The notes under the pieces: generated by a model
Databases searched by the model: none
What the model was told of the DNA's origin: nothing
The model's input: the letters and a program-made list of their open reading frames with translations, nothing else
Position numbers and translations under genes: made by a program
In this document: one piece after another, positions 50,269 to 64,000 of the stretch
Numbering within the stretch: the first letter of the stretch is position 1
Layout: the number at the start of each line of letters is the position of its first letter
DNA from: Eledone cirrhosa
Taxonomy: Eukaryota
Length of the DNA stretch: 64,000 nucleotides
Assembly (NCBI GenBank): GCA_964016885.1
Contig: OZ024742.1
Span: 124,124,001 to 124,188,000, forward strand
Direction: 5' to 3'

Positions 50269-51029
50269 TGTGTGGGTGGGTGCTTGAGTGTGTACGTTTG
50301 TGTAATATTATCATCTTTCGATATATATATGAGTAGTAACGTAATGCAAAGAACTCGATTAATTTCTAGAATATGCGGGTCTCTCAAGATTGAAATATTT
50401 ATTTTCCTTAGAGGGAACTCAACTTTGTGTCGAAAACCAGGAGGTAGAATATGCTTGATACCTGTTACAGTTCCCTAAATAGATGTAGCATTTTAATGAC
50501 AGATGGGAGCCTTAATTTCTATTGTTCCTTTCGATTGAGAGCGTAGTATTCGATGATTTGTGGCAAAATGTTCTCATTTCTTAATGCGTTGTATTTTGTA
50601 AATTTTTTTATTATCTCATGTTTCTATATTGGTGAAAATAGTGATACGAGATTCTCGTGTTAGACGAAAATAAAATGTTATTAAGTTCAACATGGAAATA
50701 TATATCATATTAATGCCGTGATATATTATTACGGCATGCTGAAAACTGATATAATAGAAATATTTGAATCCAATAGACTAGTAATTGCTGAAACTCAAAG
50801 TGAATGTTTATTACGGTGTTATTCTCTGAGAAGTAGCCTCAATTTTATTTACGTCAACAGAAATATTCACTGTTTCAAACTTCCTAAGTTAGTATTCTAT
50901 AAATTATGGACATTTCATTCAATAAAATAGGAATCTATTGACAAGGACCCAGCCCCCATCGCTAACTGAGTGGGGTGGATCTTGTCAAATTGGACCAAAG
51001 CATCAATGTTTCCGTAGGTATTTACATTG

Positions 51030-51185
51030 CATATACTCTCTACTGGTCGTAACTGCTGGTAGAAAGAGTAATGTGAAATAATGTATCTTTCTCAAGAACA
51101 TAACGAATTGCTCATTTCAGGAATCGAACTCGCAACACCCCAATTGCGAATCAAATGTCTAACCACAAAGCCACGCACCTTCACA
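51030..51185 (-). mobile_element. tRNA-derived SINE (family B)
   Basis: Minus strand gcgtggctttgtggttaga (A box), gagttcgattcc (B box), gttcttgagaaagatac core. Confidence 0.65.
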
Positions 51186-51431
51186 ATACTGTACTGTAGT
51201 GTAGTGTAGGGGCATATAATGTCATTGTTTACATTACGATTTCAGCCTATCTTGAAATAAATGTTTATCCTAAATGTTTCGTTGATTTAAAAGAAAGAAA
51301 AAAAGTATATGGGCCATTATATCAAAGTAGTTCATGATAGTATTTTCATTGTGGGTGTTTTCATTTGTTTAAGATTTGTAATACTAGAATATACCATGAA
51401 CTGTCTAATTGTATTATTTTTAAACACAAAC

Positions 51432-51636
51432 GATGGATTGGGCGGTGGATAGGGCGGTGGATTGGCAGTATCGATAGAGGGTCGGACGCCATGCTTTCCA
51501 GCATAGTTACGTCCCTTTACGATCTGAGTTCAAATCCCGCCGAGGTTGACTTTGCCTTTCATCCTTACGGGGTCGATAAAATAAAGTACCAGTAATGCAC
51601 TGGGTAATTGCTGACCTTGTGCCTAAAGTAGAAACA
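51432..51636 (+). mobile_element. SINE (family A) with a 19-bp TSD and stuttered 5' end; two older copies follow (~51741-52060)
   Basis: attatttttaaacacaaac at 51413-51431 and 51637-51655. Confidence 0.93.
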
Positions 51637-52749
51637 ATTATTTTTAAACACAAACCCTTACGTGTGTGTGTGTGTTATATACTTAAATAAAGTTCTATTT
51701 TGCAGTAGGAAAATTATTTCTATTATATTCTGTAATATTCGGGCAGTGGATAGGCCGTAACGGTAGAGCGTCAAACAGCATGCTTTGCAGCATAGAGTTG
51801 CGCCCTTTTGCGTTCTAACTGCAAATCCCACCGAGGTGAACTTTGCCTGGCATACTCAATAAAATAAATACCAGCTACGTACTGGGTCGATTTAATCGAC
51901 TTCCCCTTCCCTAAATGTGTGCCTAAATCAGAAAACATTATCTCTGAAACTTAACGGCGTTGTATGGGCATTATCGGTAGAGCGTTGGACAACATGGTTT
52001 CGATTTAATCGGCTTTCATCTCACCAACAATTATTGACCTTGTGTCTAAATCAGAAACTATTATTTTCTTAAATATTCTAGAAGAAATTTGAAAAAGTTG
52101 TCAAGATATCAGCACGACATTAAAACAATCTACCTAAAGGGTAAACAAAAAAAAATCCATATAATGTAAATTAATTTTTTTTTTCACACTACTTGTATCT
52201 AAATTATTTTTGTTTAATTTGATTTTGTATTTGATGTAAAGACAAACAACATACTTCATACAAAACACACTCATATTTCATAAGCTAATATTCAGATTTC
52301 TAAAACACAGTATATGTTTACAAGTGTCGTCTGGCACAATGGTACAGAGTGCTCAACAGGGGTTTGAAAGGTATATAAGTCGATTCTCTCTATCGGCCGA
52401 TGGCCACTTACTTCGGATACAGGGGTATTTTACCCAATTTTATAAAGCTGTCTTAGAGCTATGCTCCTGCGTTGGAGATTTTCATCACTTGCAACTAAGC
52501 GCGAACGTAAGGCTGTTTTTACATCCATGTATTTGTTTTATTTGTTCAACTATATATATATATATATATATATAAATATATAGCACATGTCAGGACCCCG
52601 ACGGCTGAGCCTCGGTCATTTTGACAGCTAGGTCTGAAATAACGCGGTATTGGGAAGACAGCAGTAGCCTGGCTTAACTTATCAAGGAGTAATTCCGTAT
52701 ATGGGCATGCAATGAGAGCGTCGCAGTAGTGTCGTGTCAACTAGTTCCC

Positions 52750-53780
52750 AAAGTTGTTTTTCAATCATGAGGAGTTGTCAACGATATTTGTAAACAGAGT
52801 TAAATCCTTTTGCCGAGATATTATGAGCACATGGGATGCTCATACCAATTAATAATATTTGGTGTGTTAGCTAGGATTGCCCCGTCACTATGTACAGGAA
52901 ATTCCCAAAGAGTCGTTTCTTTTTCTCCTTCAGATACAGCCTCAGTGTAATGATTTGTGTACTCCTTGTCAGAGGTTTTGATTTTATGATGCTGACTTAT
53001 TAACTAGTGTAGATTTTGGCCAAATCTGTCATATCTAGATTTTTACTCTACTGATGCTAAAACATTACATCCAAAGATTAAGTGGTCCACTAATTTAACC
53101 TCACCATTGCAGAATCAGCAGTTTGGATTTATTCCATTTCTCATCACACTGGCCTGGTACTTCCGTGTCAAGAAGCTTTGATCTTGGGCAGCTAAGATGA
53201 AGCCCTCACTCTCTGCTTTTAACCCTAAAATACATAGCCACCGACTGGGTGTACTTTTGGTCAACATCAACTTGTTTGCTACGTGCCACTTATTTGCCAT
53301 GCAGAGGTTTCTGCTACCACTCTGATGCTAATTCTCCTTGCCCTTTTTCTTTTGCAACTAATTTTATATTCTTAGCAACAACACATGCAACAGTTCAATC
53401 TGGATATCAACAATGATACCGTTAGTATATTTTTTGCTCTCCTTCATTGTAGAATGAGGCTTCTTACTTCCCGTGTGCGTTTTCAACCAGTTTCAGCATC
53501 CGGTGATTTGATTTTTCAAGGTATATGGCGAACTTTGGTGGTGTTCTAAGTAAGTTCAAGTTGGATCTAGCCACGGCCTCCTGGTGTTATAGGTGTTGTA
53601 GGAAGGTAAAACAATGCATATCTGCATTCGGGTTGTGCATCTTAATACAATTAGTAACTTACGAATGTTCCAGTCATTCTATTAATTTCACTTATATTAC
53701 AGTTAAACACATCGAAGCTATAAGTGACAGTTGGAACTGCCAAGGAATTTATGGCCAATACCATTGTTACTGTCGCACTC
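52750..53780 (-). pseudogene. Old decayed R4/Dong-like LINE fragment
   Basis: GLKAESEGFILAAQDQSFLTRKY..NPNC and a downstream RLE-like remnant. Confidence 0.7.
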
Positions 53781-54399
53781 ATTTACGTGTGTTGTATTGA
53801 AGCGAATAACTGTGTTTCTGGGATTTTACATAGCATTGCTTGTTGAGTATGCTCTAGTTGCAACCGGTACTAGCAGTAAAACCCATACTAATCTCGTCAA
53901 CTTATTATTATTTTCTCCCAACTGTCAGATTATTAATGATAGTAAATTCAACAATTTTCCACATATTTTATTGTGTTTTGTTTAACATGCGCTGTAATAC
54001 ATGTTCTACGTTCCTCTCTCACTCACCTATATAATGGTGAATGTTTTGAAATCGACAGGTATACCGACGTGGTTGGTCAAGATATCTAGAATTCTAATTC
54101 TAACAAGCGCGATAACTCTATATCGCCGTCTAATCGCCTGTTGACATTACCATTGTTACAGCGATCGGAGACTGATTTTCTCTAATAACCGATTTTGCAT
54201 TCGCTTTTTTTTTATTTGTGTTTGAGATACATTGACTGCGTACTTATGGTAGGAGCAGAACTATTTAGATTTGGTTTCCTACCGTCACGTAAATTGCTGA
54301 ATAAGTAGCTAAATAGTTGGCGGCATTCTGATGATGCGTACGGATTTCAGTTACTAATGTATTACTGTGTCGACTGTTCCATTCACTGTCATAGCCTAC

Positions 54400-55840
54400 A
54401 GGGACTGGAATTGATTGCCACCTATTCGGGAAATGCCTCGCTAGTAAGATTGTCTACAAATGTAAGGTTGAAACACCCACGTCCCATAGGGCCTACATAG
54501 GGTTAACCGCCAATAGATTCAAGCAGCGTGTTTACATGCTTTCGTTGCTTCTTTTCGTTACTCTCTAAGAAGGAATATGACGTCATTTTCAACTTTTATC
54601 CGGAGTCTAAAAGACAACCACACCCAAAATAAGTTACACTGGGAGATCCTAGCTAAAGGCTAGATCGTATAACGGAAATAAAAGACCATGTGACCTCTGT
54701 GCCGCTGACGCCCTGGAAATACTCTACGCCACAGACCACATCTTAAACAAAAAATCTGAGGCAATTTCGGCTTGTAAACATAAATTGCACAAAACTTTCC
54801 TGTATTGCAGCCCCACGTTATACCCTAACGGAGAGTACGGTCTATACGTGGATATTTTACGTCTTCATGTGGTAGCTAAGTATATGTTTTATTTATACCA
54901 TTACTTATTTGCATAGGTATGTATATATTACCTGTATGTTTTGTGAAGGTACGTATACTTTCTCGTACGTAATTTTGGTTGTATATGTTATGGCGCATAA
55001 TTGTTTATATATTCTGGTACATATGCTTTGGTTATGTGTATACGGGAGTTTTGCGTCTGTGTGAGTATGCAGGTTCGTATGTATGTAGGGTGTGTGTATA
55101 TGTGTACTTCATGTTTTGGTTGACTTACGTCTCCGAACATTTGTGTATTTACATGTAGGTATGTGTGTGCGCTTGTTATATACGTATTTATTTATTTATA
55201 TACGTTTATTTAATTTTTTATTTATTTGTATACACGCACACAGACACACACATATTTATATGTGCGTGGTTTTGTATACCTATGGCAAGTGTTTTCACGT
55301 ATGCTTGTGTATGTACGTATTTGCATGCGTGTATGTATTTATTTAATTTCTATTACCTCTGTATTGTATTTTATTTACTTTATTTTTGACTCTGAAGCGG
55401 AGATTCATTCGGTTTCCCAGTTAGAATTTTAGTCTACGACTTCATCTATCGCATTTACGTGATTTTGTCTTTTCGTGCAATTTTTCTCCACGCCCCACAT
55501 ATGACGTATTATCTTCGTTTTTTCCGTTCATTGCCAGAGAACGTCTCTATGAACCACCTAAGAGAACATTAGTCTACGACTTCTTTTATACCATAAACGT
55601 GGTTCTGTCTTTGCGCGTAATTGTTTTTCACCGCTCCTATTAATGACGTATTACATTCGTTTTTTCCCGTTCTTTGCCAGGGAACGCTTCCACGAACCAA
55701 AGTATCGTCTTACAGGTCTTCCTCCGGTTGCAACATTTTTTGAAATATTCACTTCTGCGTTTACAGATTGACCTTGTTAGTTTCAGAATATCCCGTTAAG
55801 TGAGAAAGCAGCGATTCTTTGCTTAAACTTTAATCTGTTA

Positions 55841-55850
<10 letters not shown>
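54400..55850 (+). mobile_element. Decayed PLE 3' part (GIY-YIG end, UTR, pLTR), same family as 60722-63295
   Basis: Reverse-complement similarity to 60722-62140; ends at (TA)n. Confidence 0.88.
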
Positions 55851-55872
<22 letters not shown>

Positions 55873-55954
55873 GTAATAATAATAAATTTGAAGACTAAAA
55901 TCCAAAGAGGGCTCGATAAGGATATATATCAAATATATAAGAACCGTAGAGCAA

Positions 55955-56091
55955 ATATTTATTAAAATAACAGATTAAAGTTTAAGCAAAGAATCGGTGC
56001 TTTCACCCTTAACGGGATCTTCTGAAGATCCCGTTAAGGGTGAAAGCAGCGATTCTTTGCTTAAACTTTAATCTGTTATTTTAATAAATAT
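55955..56091. repeat. Palindromic pLTR tip (68-bp arms, centre 56023)
   Basis: ..aacgggatcttc t gaagatcccgtt..; one mismatch between the arms; module 55872-56091 is (TA)n-flanked; small related piece at 59254-59350. Confidence 0.92.
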
Positions 56092-56737
56092 ATATATAGA
56101 TAGATAGATATATAGATGTATATATCGAGTTTTATATACATATATATATATATTGCGCTAACAATACAACAGAACAAATGCAAATAAATAAGGAAAATAT
56201 GTTTATTCAAAAATATAGACCAACATTAAATAAGGTTTAATATACATTATGTCAACACCACAATATGACATACACACACACACATAACACCTTCTACTTT
56301 AGAAAATAAAAACCCGAACTAAATAAACCTTAAACATACGTTTGCACTGGCAATACAACAGCAAACACGAAAAAGTCAGGAAAATATGTTCATTCAAAAA
56401 TATTCCTACTAAAGGAATCATTTTCCTACACACACACATACACACACACACAATATATATATATATATATATATATTCTCTTCATCTTAACATGCTAACC
56501 ATACTCCCACACACATAACACCCATACACACACATAACAACCCCCACACCTACAACACCCTCCCCATTTCTACTAATAGAACCACTTTCCGACACACATA
56601 TATATATACACACACACAAAATATATATTCTCTCTATCTAACATACTCGCACACACACACATAACACCCATATATACACACACACACAACTTCCTCCCCC
56701 ATCTCTACTAATAGAATGATCTTCCTAATACACACAT

Positions 56738-56770
<33 letters not shown>

Positions 56771-57388
56771 AGCACACAAATAAACACATATCTTCAGTCT
56801 CAATAGAAAATCTGAACTCTGACACCTGAACTCTGACAGCTGGCCATATTCACTGAACCAGAACATTTCTCCCAATCCCTTTTCCCTTGACCACTATCTT
56901 TCCATTGTCATAACATTCACTATAAAGACTACAGAATAATTTTCCAAATAAGGGCGCAAAAATGTAATGAAAACTTGTTCACGTGACAGCCAAATTTCAT
57001 TTATAACCAACCAAAAAAAAGCCTTCGTGAGCCTCATTTTTTCAAGTAAAAAGAAATTCAAACACTCATATATGAAAACACAACCTGTGACAACCCCCCC
57101 CTCTCTTATTTGAAGAACTATTGTAACGCGAACTGGCGCAAAATTTATTATAATTATTGACAAACCAATCAAATTACTTCTCGAAAAACCTGGTTTGCGA
57201 GCCACTTTTTCCATATAAAACAAGTAACATTTAGAGACCAACCAGATGTGAGAAAAACCACAGACCCTCCATCTCAACTCACCTTTTGAAAAGCAGAAGA
57301 ACTGCGAAACCGGTAAAGGAACCAAATAAATATATATATTCAAAAAAAAAATAAGACTTCAGTTGCATTTTCGATTTCATCCCTTTTT

Positions 57389-57437
<49 letters not shown>

Positions 57438-59203
57438 TTTATCCCGAGTTCAATCGGGAATAACCACAGTAAGCAAGGTATTCAATACAAAGCAGGGTAT
57501 AAATATTTAAAGCTTTTCTAGATTAAATATATATATAACAAATTATTTTATAGTAACTGTATGTTAATTTCAATAAATAACAAACCGGAATAGGTTGCGC
57601 TGAAATATATCATTCTGCAGATTAAATGTTATATGTATCTTTGTATATTAATATTTATCTTTGATCCCACACATATTTAGTTCGTTCTTTACCACAAAGA
57701 GAAAAATAAAAAATTCGAATATGGTATAATCTCGATTTATTTACAATGATAACTAATTCTGTAACATTAAATGAGGTATCGATGTTTTGATTGTTTATGC
57801 ATTATCATTTCTGCCTCTAACTTGTTCTGTCCCGTCTCCTCTACCCACACATCGTTTTCATAATGTCTATTAGCGTATTCTGGGAATTGCAAATGTATTT
57901 CAGCATATAGTTTAAGATAGTTTGTCAAATGTACGAATTTTTTGAACGTTGTTTTTAAAATATAAACGTCAAGACTCTATTAAGATATTTACATAGTCAC
58001 AAGATGATTGATATATGTTAATTCCCATACAATTTAAAGAAAGTATAACATTTACACCTGATAATTTCTTTAAATTATTCAACGTAGTCAACCTGTGAAC
58101 TATTTCCAAATCAATATGTATTTGAAGTATAATATTTCTATTTCGTATAAAGTAAAGTTTAAAATTCTGCTACTTCTTTATTAATCGAGCATTGCTATCA
58201 TTGTTGTAAATTTATTTTTCGTTTATTCTATTATATGATTTCAATTACTTGTTTGTTTTATTCGTTTTTATTTCGTTTCGAATTTTATTAAAACAGGCTA
58301 AAAGTTCGTAACACCAAATTAATAGTTTGTTCTGCAGCCGAAAGCTATAGAAATAACTTAATAGGCTTAATTGCTAAAACGTTAGATATAAAAACAAAAT
58401 GAAAATATAAAAGTAAAAAAAAACATTTATGAATCAGCAACACTTCCAGTATGAGAATAGAAAAAGTGAGAGTGGCTTCGGCGACAATTTCAGAGCAGTA
58501 GTTGATACGTCTGATTTTCCAATATTCTTTTATATGGAAGAAATGGTGTGAAAATTAATTTGATATTAATAAGCAGAGATTCCAGTCTATGTCAATATCA
58601 ATCAATACTACAATTCAAAATCTGTGACATGCTTCAATGATTCTAAGGTGATAATTGCTCAGGCAAAACGTTTCATAAGCTATTATTCCCATCTAAAACG
58701 TGGTGACAAAAAAGATCGGTAAATAAAACAATAGATTGAAAATAGATCAATCGCGAAATGAAGAAATCATTCGCTCAAATTAATTTAACGATAAATAATT
58801 AAACTGGCAGGCAATATGTGAGAGAGTGTATCATAGAGATTTTGTTTTGCTTTTGTATTCACTTCCAATAATATAGTTATAAATGTATTATTATTATTTT
58901 TTTGTTGTAATCATTATTATTATTATTGTACTAGTGTTTTATGATTTTGTTATTCTAGTTAAAGCTGGTGTCTTCATTTTTCTTTTATGTCTCACCTCAT
59001 GTATCTATTCGTGGTGGCACTCAATTACGTGTCTAACTTATAATGCATATTATCCGAAAGAATGTGTATGCCCTTTATAAGTGGAAATGTTTGAATAACG
59101 AAAACGAAATGTCATTAGCAAATGTACTGCATAGTCAGGGTATGCTTGTAACTTGTTCCTTGTTTGTATATGATTTTTTTGTTTGTGAAATTATAACTAA
59201 GAC

Positions 59204-59257
<54 letters not shown>

Positions 59258-59358
59258 ATAATAATAAATTTGAAGACTAAAATCCAAAGAGGGCTCGATA
59301 AGGATAAATATATATCTTTGCGTAAACTTTAATCTGTTATTTTAATAAATATATATAT

Positions 59359-59414
<56 letters not shown>

Positions 59415-59417
<3 letters not shown>

Positions 59418-59766
59418 GTAATAAGGAGTATTCCAAAGCTTGGTAGAACAAGTTGTGAGGAAAGTTTTCAACATACGTTAAGGTGACTCGACATGTTGGT
59501 AGGGATTCAGTAGTGGAAACACGAACAAACGAGGAGTGTAATCAAAAAAGAGAAATAGGACGAAGGTAAACAGTTACAAAAGAATTTATTCCACGTATTA
59601 ACAATTGTTTCATCAGAATTTCAGTCCATTATTGCTACACTATGTAATAATAGGCAATCAAGAAAGATACTGTAGCATCCAAATTTTCAAAATACAAAGT
59701 TGGAATGACCTTAGGAAATGAAATAAGGGGTAGTAGTGTAAGATAGAGGAACAGAGAGAGAGGGGC

Positions 59767-59829
<63 letters not shown>

Positions 59830-60513
59830 GGAATGGAGGTAGGGAGAGAAAGAGAAAGAGATAGGGTGGTGTGAGAGGATTTGTATAGAATATAGTTAAG
59901 TTACAAGAAGGGAGGGGGAGGAGGGTTGTGTGCTAAAAGTTCTGATGAGTAGAGGGAGAGAGAAGGAAGATATAATTTTAAGTGGCATTTTGGTAGTGGA
60001 CAGGCGAAAGGCATACCAGAGAATAGAGGAAGGATGAAAGTTTTAAATTTCATATATAGTCTATTTTAGGAGTTTAGAATTGTTATTTAGGGTAGAAAGA
60101 GAGGTAGTGTTAAGATTTAGTTGAAGGTTTGAAGTGTGAGAATTTCGCTTTCAGTTTATGCTGGCAAAAGTTAGTCCTTTCAATTTGGTTGTTGAGTAGT
60201 TGGTGGCTTGAGCTTAGGATATGGAAGAGCTCATTATTACACAACGGGCACGTTTTCATTCCACTCCGGTATGGAGGAGCATGTGAGAGTTTGGTCCATT
60301 TCAGGGTGTATTGTCGGTTATTCTCTTTTAAGTGCCAAATTTTGTCGGCGAGAGTCGTCACGTAACGGTGTTGGTGGTGCTTTATTGCGTAACGATGCGT
60401 GTACCAACGAGTTTTGAAGGTGTTTGCAGTGCTGCCTATATAGTGCCAGGTTCCAATTGTTAATACATGGATTAAATTCTTTTGGAACTGTTTACCTTCG
60501 TCCTATTTCTCTT

Positions 60514-60514
<1 letters not shown>
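59415..60514 (-). mobile_element. Short PLE 3' fragment (third family) with a small 5' inversion
   Basis: HYIG..FKTRWYTH..TTLADKIWHLK..CPLC..CQH; 60454-60514 is the reverse complement of ~59546-59607; (TA)n flanks. Confidence 0.8.
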
Positions 60515-60553
<39 letters not shown>

Positions 60554-60652
60554 AGTGAAATGGGTGTGTGTGTGGATGTATGTTTCACCCTGGGTGTATT
60601 TGGTGTATTTGTACACACACATGCATACATAAACAATCAGACACACACACAT

Positions 60653-60721
<69 letters not shown>

Positions 60722-60727
<6 letters not shown>

Positions 60728-63290
60728 TAAAATAACAGATTAAAGTTTAAGCAAAGAATCGCTGCTTTCACCCTTAACGGGATTTTCTGAAACTACCAAA
60801 GTCAATCTGGAAACGCAGAACTGGATATTTCAAACAACGTTGCAACCGGAGGAAGACAGGAAGACGATACTTTGGTTCGTGGTAACGTTCGCTCGCAAAG
60901 AACGGGAAAAAACTAATAATACGTCATTAATAGGAGCGGTGAAAAACAATTACGCGCAAAGACAGAACCACGTTTATGGTATAAAAGAGGTCGTAGACTA
61001 ATGTTCTCTTAGGTGGTGCATAGAGACGTTCTCTGGCAATGGACGAAAAAACGAAGATAATAAGTCATATGTGGAGCGTGGAGAACAATAGCACGCAAAG
61101 ACAAAACCACGTAAATGGTATAGCAGAAGTCGTAGACTAAAATACTAACTAGGAGACCAAATGAATCTCCGCTACAGAGTTAAGAACAAAGTAAATAAAT
61201 ACAATACAGAAGTAATAGAAACAAATAAATACATACACGCAAACACATACGTACATACACAAGCATCCGCAACGTCTTACCATAGGTATAACGAAACCAC
61301 GCACATATAAATATGTGTGTGTGTGTATGCTTGTGTACAAATAAATATATCATTATATAAACGTATATAAGTAAATACGTATATAGCAAGCGCACACACA
61401 TACCTACAAATAAATACACGAATGTTCGGAGACGTAAATCAACTAAAACAAGAAGTACACATATACACACACCCACCATACGTACGAACCTGCATACTCA
61501 CGCAGACGCAAAACTCCCGTATACACATAGCCAAACCCTAAATACCAGAATATGTAAAAAGTATACGCCATAACAGTCAAATATACGTACGAGAAGGTAT
61601 ACATACCTTCACAAAACATACGGGTAATATATACTTACCTATGCAAATAAGTAAAGGAATAAACAAAACATATACTTAGCTCCCGCATCAAGACGTAAAA
61701 TATCCAGGTATAGATCGTGCTATCCGTTAGGGTATATCGTGGGGCTGTAATACAGGAAAGTTTTGTGCAATTTATGTTTACAAGCCGAAATTGCCTCGGA
61801 TTTTTTGTTTGAGATGTGGTCTGTGGAGTAGAATATTTCCAGGGCCTCAGCGGCGCAGAGGTCACATGGTCTTTTATTTCCGTAATACGATCTAGCCCTA
61901 GCTAGGATCTCCCAGTGTAACTTATATTGGGTGTGGTTGTCTTTTAGACTCCAGATATAAGCTGAAAGTGACGTCATATTCCTTCTTAGAGGGTAACGAA
62001 AAGAATCGGTATGCATGTAAAGACGCTGCTTGAAACTATTGGCGGTTAACCCTATGTAGGCCCTACGGGACGTGGGTGTTACAACCTTACATTTGTAGAC
62101 AATGTTACTAGATAGGCATTTCCCGGATAGGGGGCAATCAGCCCGATTCCTACAATTACAGTTAGTACTAACTACAGGGTTGCACGTGTTCCTACGGCTA
62201 GGTAGTTTAGCTAAATTTGAAGCTGTGATGTTATGTGCAAGGTTAGGAGTTGTAGAGCAAGACGTTTTAATAGTATTTCTATTAAAAAATTTACTATGTT
62301 TATGTGTAGAGGGAAAATGCTTCGTAATAAGGGAAAGAAAGATCTTAGCTAATGGTGTGGCCACCTCCATATTATATGGTGGGTTAAACCAACAAATGCG
62401 ACGGGATCTATTTCTTCTAGGTCTATTTTCGTACTCTGTATAAGCTACCTTATCGACAAATACACTTCGAGCAAGAGCTTCATTTTAATAAGTGGAATGG
62501 TCGTTGAAAATGCGCTCGTTGGTGGAAAGACGGGAAAGCCTCAACGAAACGTTTTTTACCAGGTTCTTGGTTATGCTGGCAGGATGGTTGGAATGCTTAC
62601 TTATGTAATTAAGCGTATCATTCGGCTTTCTATACGGGTAATACAACCCATTCAATAAATTGAGGGTAACGTCGAGGTAATTAACGACCGAGAGATTGGC
62701 CTCAACCTGTATACAGAGGTTGAAGCCTTTAAAGAAGGCTGTGAGTTCTTTTCTGAACCTGTCGCAAGCACGAGGTCCGCACTTATTTTAGTCTACGACT
62801 TCTGCTATACCATTTAGGTGGTTTTGTCTTTGCGTGCTATTGTTCTCCACGCTCCACATATGACTTATTATCTTCGTTTTTTCGTTCATTGCCAGAGAAC
62901 GTCTCTATGCACCACCTAAGAGAACATTAGTCTACGACCTCTTTTATACCATACTCGTGGTTCTGTCTTTGCGCGTAATTGTATTTCACCGCTCCTATTA
63001 ATGACGTATTATTCGTTTTTTCCCGTTCTTTGCGAGCGAACGTTACCACGAACCAAAGTATCGTCTTCCTGTCTTCCTCCGGTTGCAACGTTTTTTGAAA
63101 TATCCAGTTCTGCGTTTACAGATTGACTTTGTTAGTTTCAGAAGATCCCGTTAAGGGTGAAAGCAGCGATTCTTTGCTTAAACTTTAATCTGTTATTTTA
63201 ATAAATATTTGCTCTACGGTTTCTATATATTTGATATATATTTTCCTTATCGAGCCCTCTTCGGATTTTAGTCTTCAATTTTATTACTAT

Positions 63291-63295
<5 letters not shown>
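60722..63295 (-). mobile_element. 5'-truncated PLE with an inverted 5' pLTR (62783-63295)
   Basis: ORF 61720-62370 CNCRNRADCPLSGKC, IVY..YIGLT..FKQR, CDLC, CKH; RT thumb remnant to ~62780; 62783-63208 is the reverse complement of 60722-61146; (TA)n both sides. Confidence 0.92.
63118..63193 (+). ncRNA. Hammerhead-like motif with variant core CAGAAGA
   Basis: acagattga..agttt-CAGAAGA-t ccc gttaa ggg t-GAAA-gca gcgattctt tg-CTT-aaact-ttaatctgt; all three stems pair. Confidence 0.6.
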
Positions 63296-63379
<84 letters not shown>

Positions 63380-63628
63380 CGTGTGTGTGTGTACCTAAAA
63401 GAGGTGATTATATTCCTGTATTCCACAATATTATTTGGCAAGCTGACAGAATCTCTATCGACAAAACTGAAAATATATATAGTGTCGGTTTTATTGCTAA
63501 TACATTTTTCATATACATAAGAACTACCATACAGCTACAGAAGAAAACCCAATAATATAAATAGTGAGAAATATTCTGAACCTTCCACATCCAAAACCCT
63601 TAGATTTACTTAAAGGACAATAAATTTG

Positions 63629-63632
<4 letters not shown>

Positions 63633-63702
<70 letters not shown>

Positions 63703-64000
63703 CCGAAAATTCTTAACCATGCACAGAATGCATCACCCTAAGGCAGAGATAGATAGAATATATCTTCCTAGGAAAGAAGGAGGACGTGGGTTAATCCAGT
63801 TAGACATTGCATTGAAAACTGCAACAATTGGATTATCCACATATCTAAGGGAATCACATGATTGGATGATCAAACTCGTTTTGAAACACGAAAGCACCAA
63901 AAGATCATATTCCATTACAAAAGATGCACAAAGATACAGTAATGGACTACAAATTTCAGAAGTCCCATTTACTGCTGAAATGGAAAACACAGAAAAAGCA
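63633..64000 (+). mobile_element. (AAT)n tract followed by a 5'-truncated R4/Dong-like LINE (subfamily of 32190-33787), running off the window
   Basis: 63703-64000 is the reverse complement of ~33140-33440. Confidence 0.88.

Noticed and set aside
56840-57345. 149-aa minus ORF / possible LINE ORF1 relic
   Set aside because: No recognisable motifs on either strand

Overview
AT-rich, microsatellite-saturated eukaryotic DNA with no recognisable host protein-coding gene; most ORFs in the track are translated (TA)n/(CA)n/(GA)n/(AAT)n repeats. The SINE family and repeat mix suggest an animal, probably an octopod cephalopod (inference from recalled repeat families, not a search). The window is a mosaic of retroelements: L1/Tx1-like LINEs (one near full-length, decayed), several R4/Dong-like RLE LINEs sitting in (AAT)n tracts, a CRE-clade LINE remnant, an RTE-like 3' end, tRNA-derived SINEs, a Chapaev3-like DNA transposon, and Penelope-like elements (PLEs). 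One PLE has an uninterrupted 709-aa RT + GIY-YIG ORF. The main unannotated signal is RNA-level: many type I hammerhead ribozyme (HHR) motifs from several unrelated sequence families, nearly all in (TA)n-flanked modules. They include a very young 310-bp tandem array with 7 HHR copies and a 5' inversion (retrozyme-like), two HHRs bracketing the PLE ORF 3687 nt apart, fold-back HHR pairs, palindromes centred on the HHR core, and a family with a non-canonical CAGA core. All folds were done by eye and many element boundaries are approximate.
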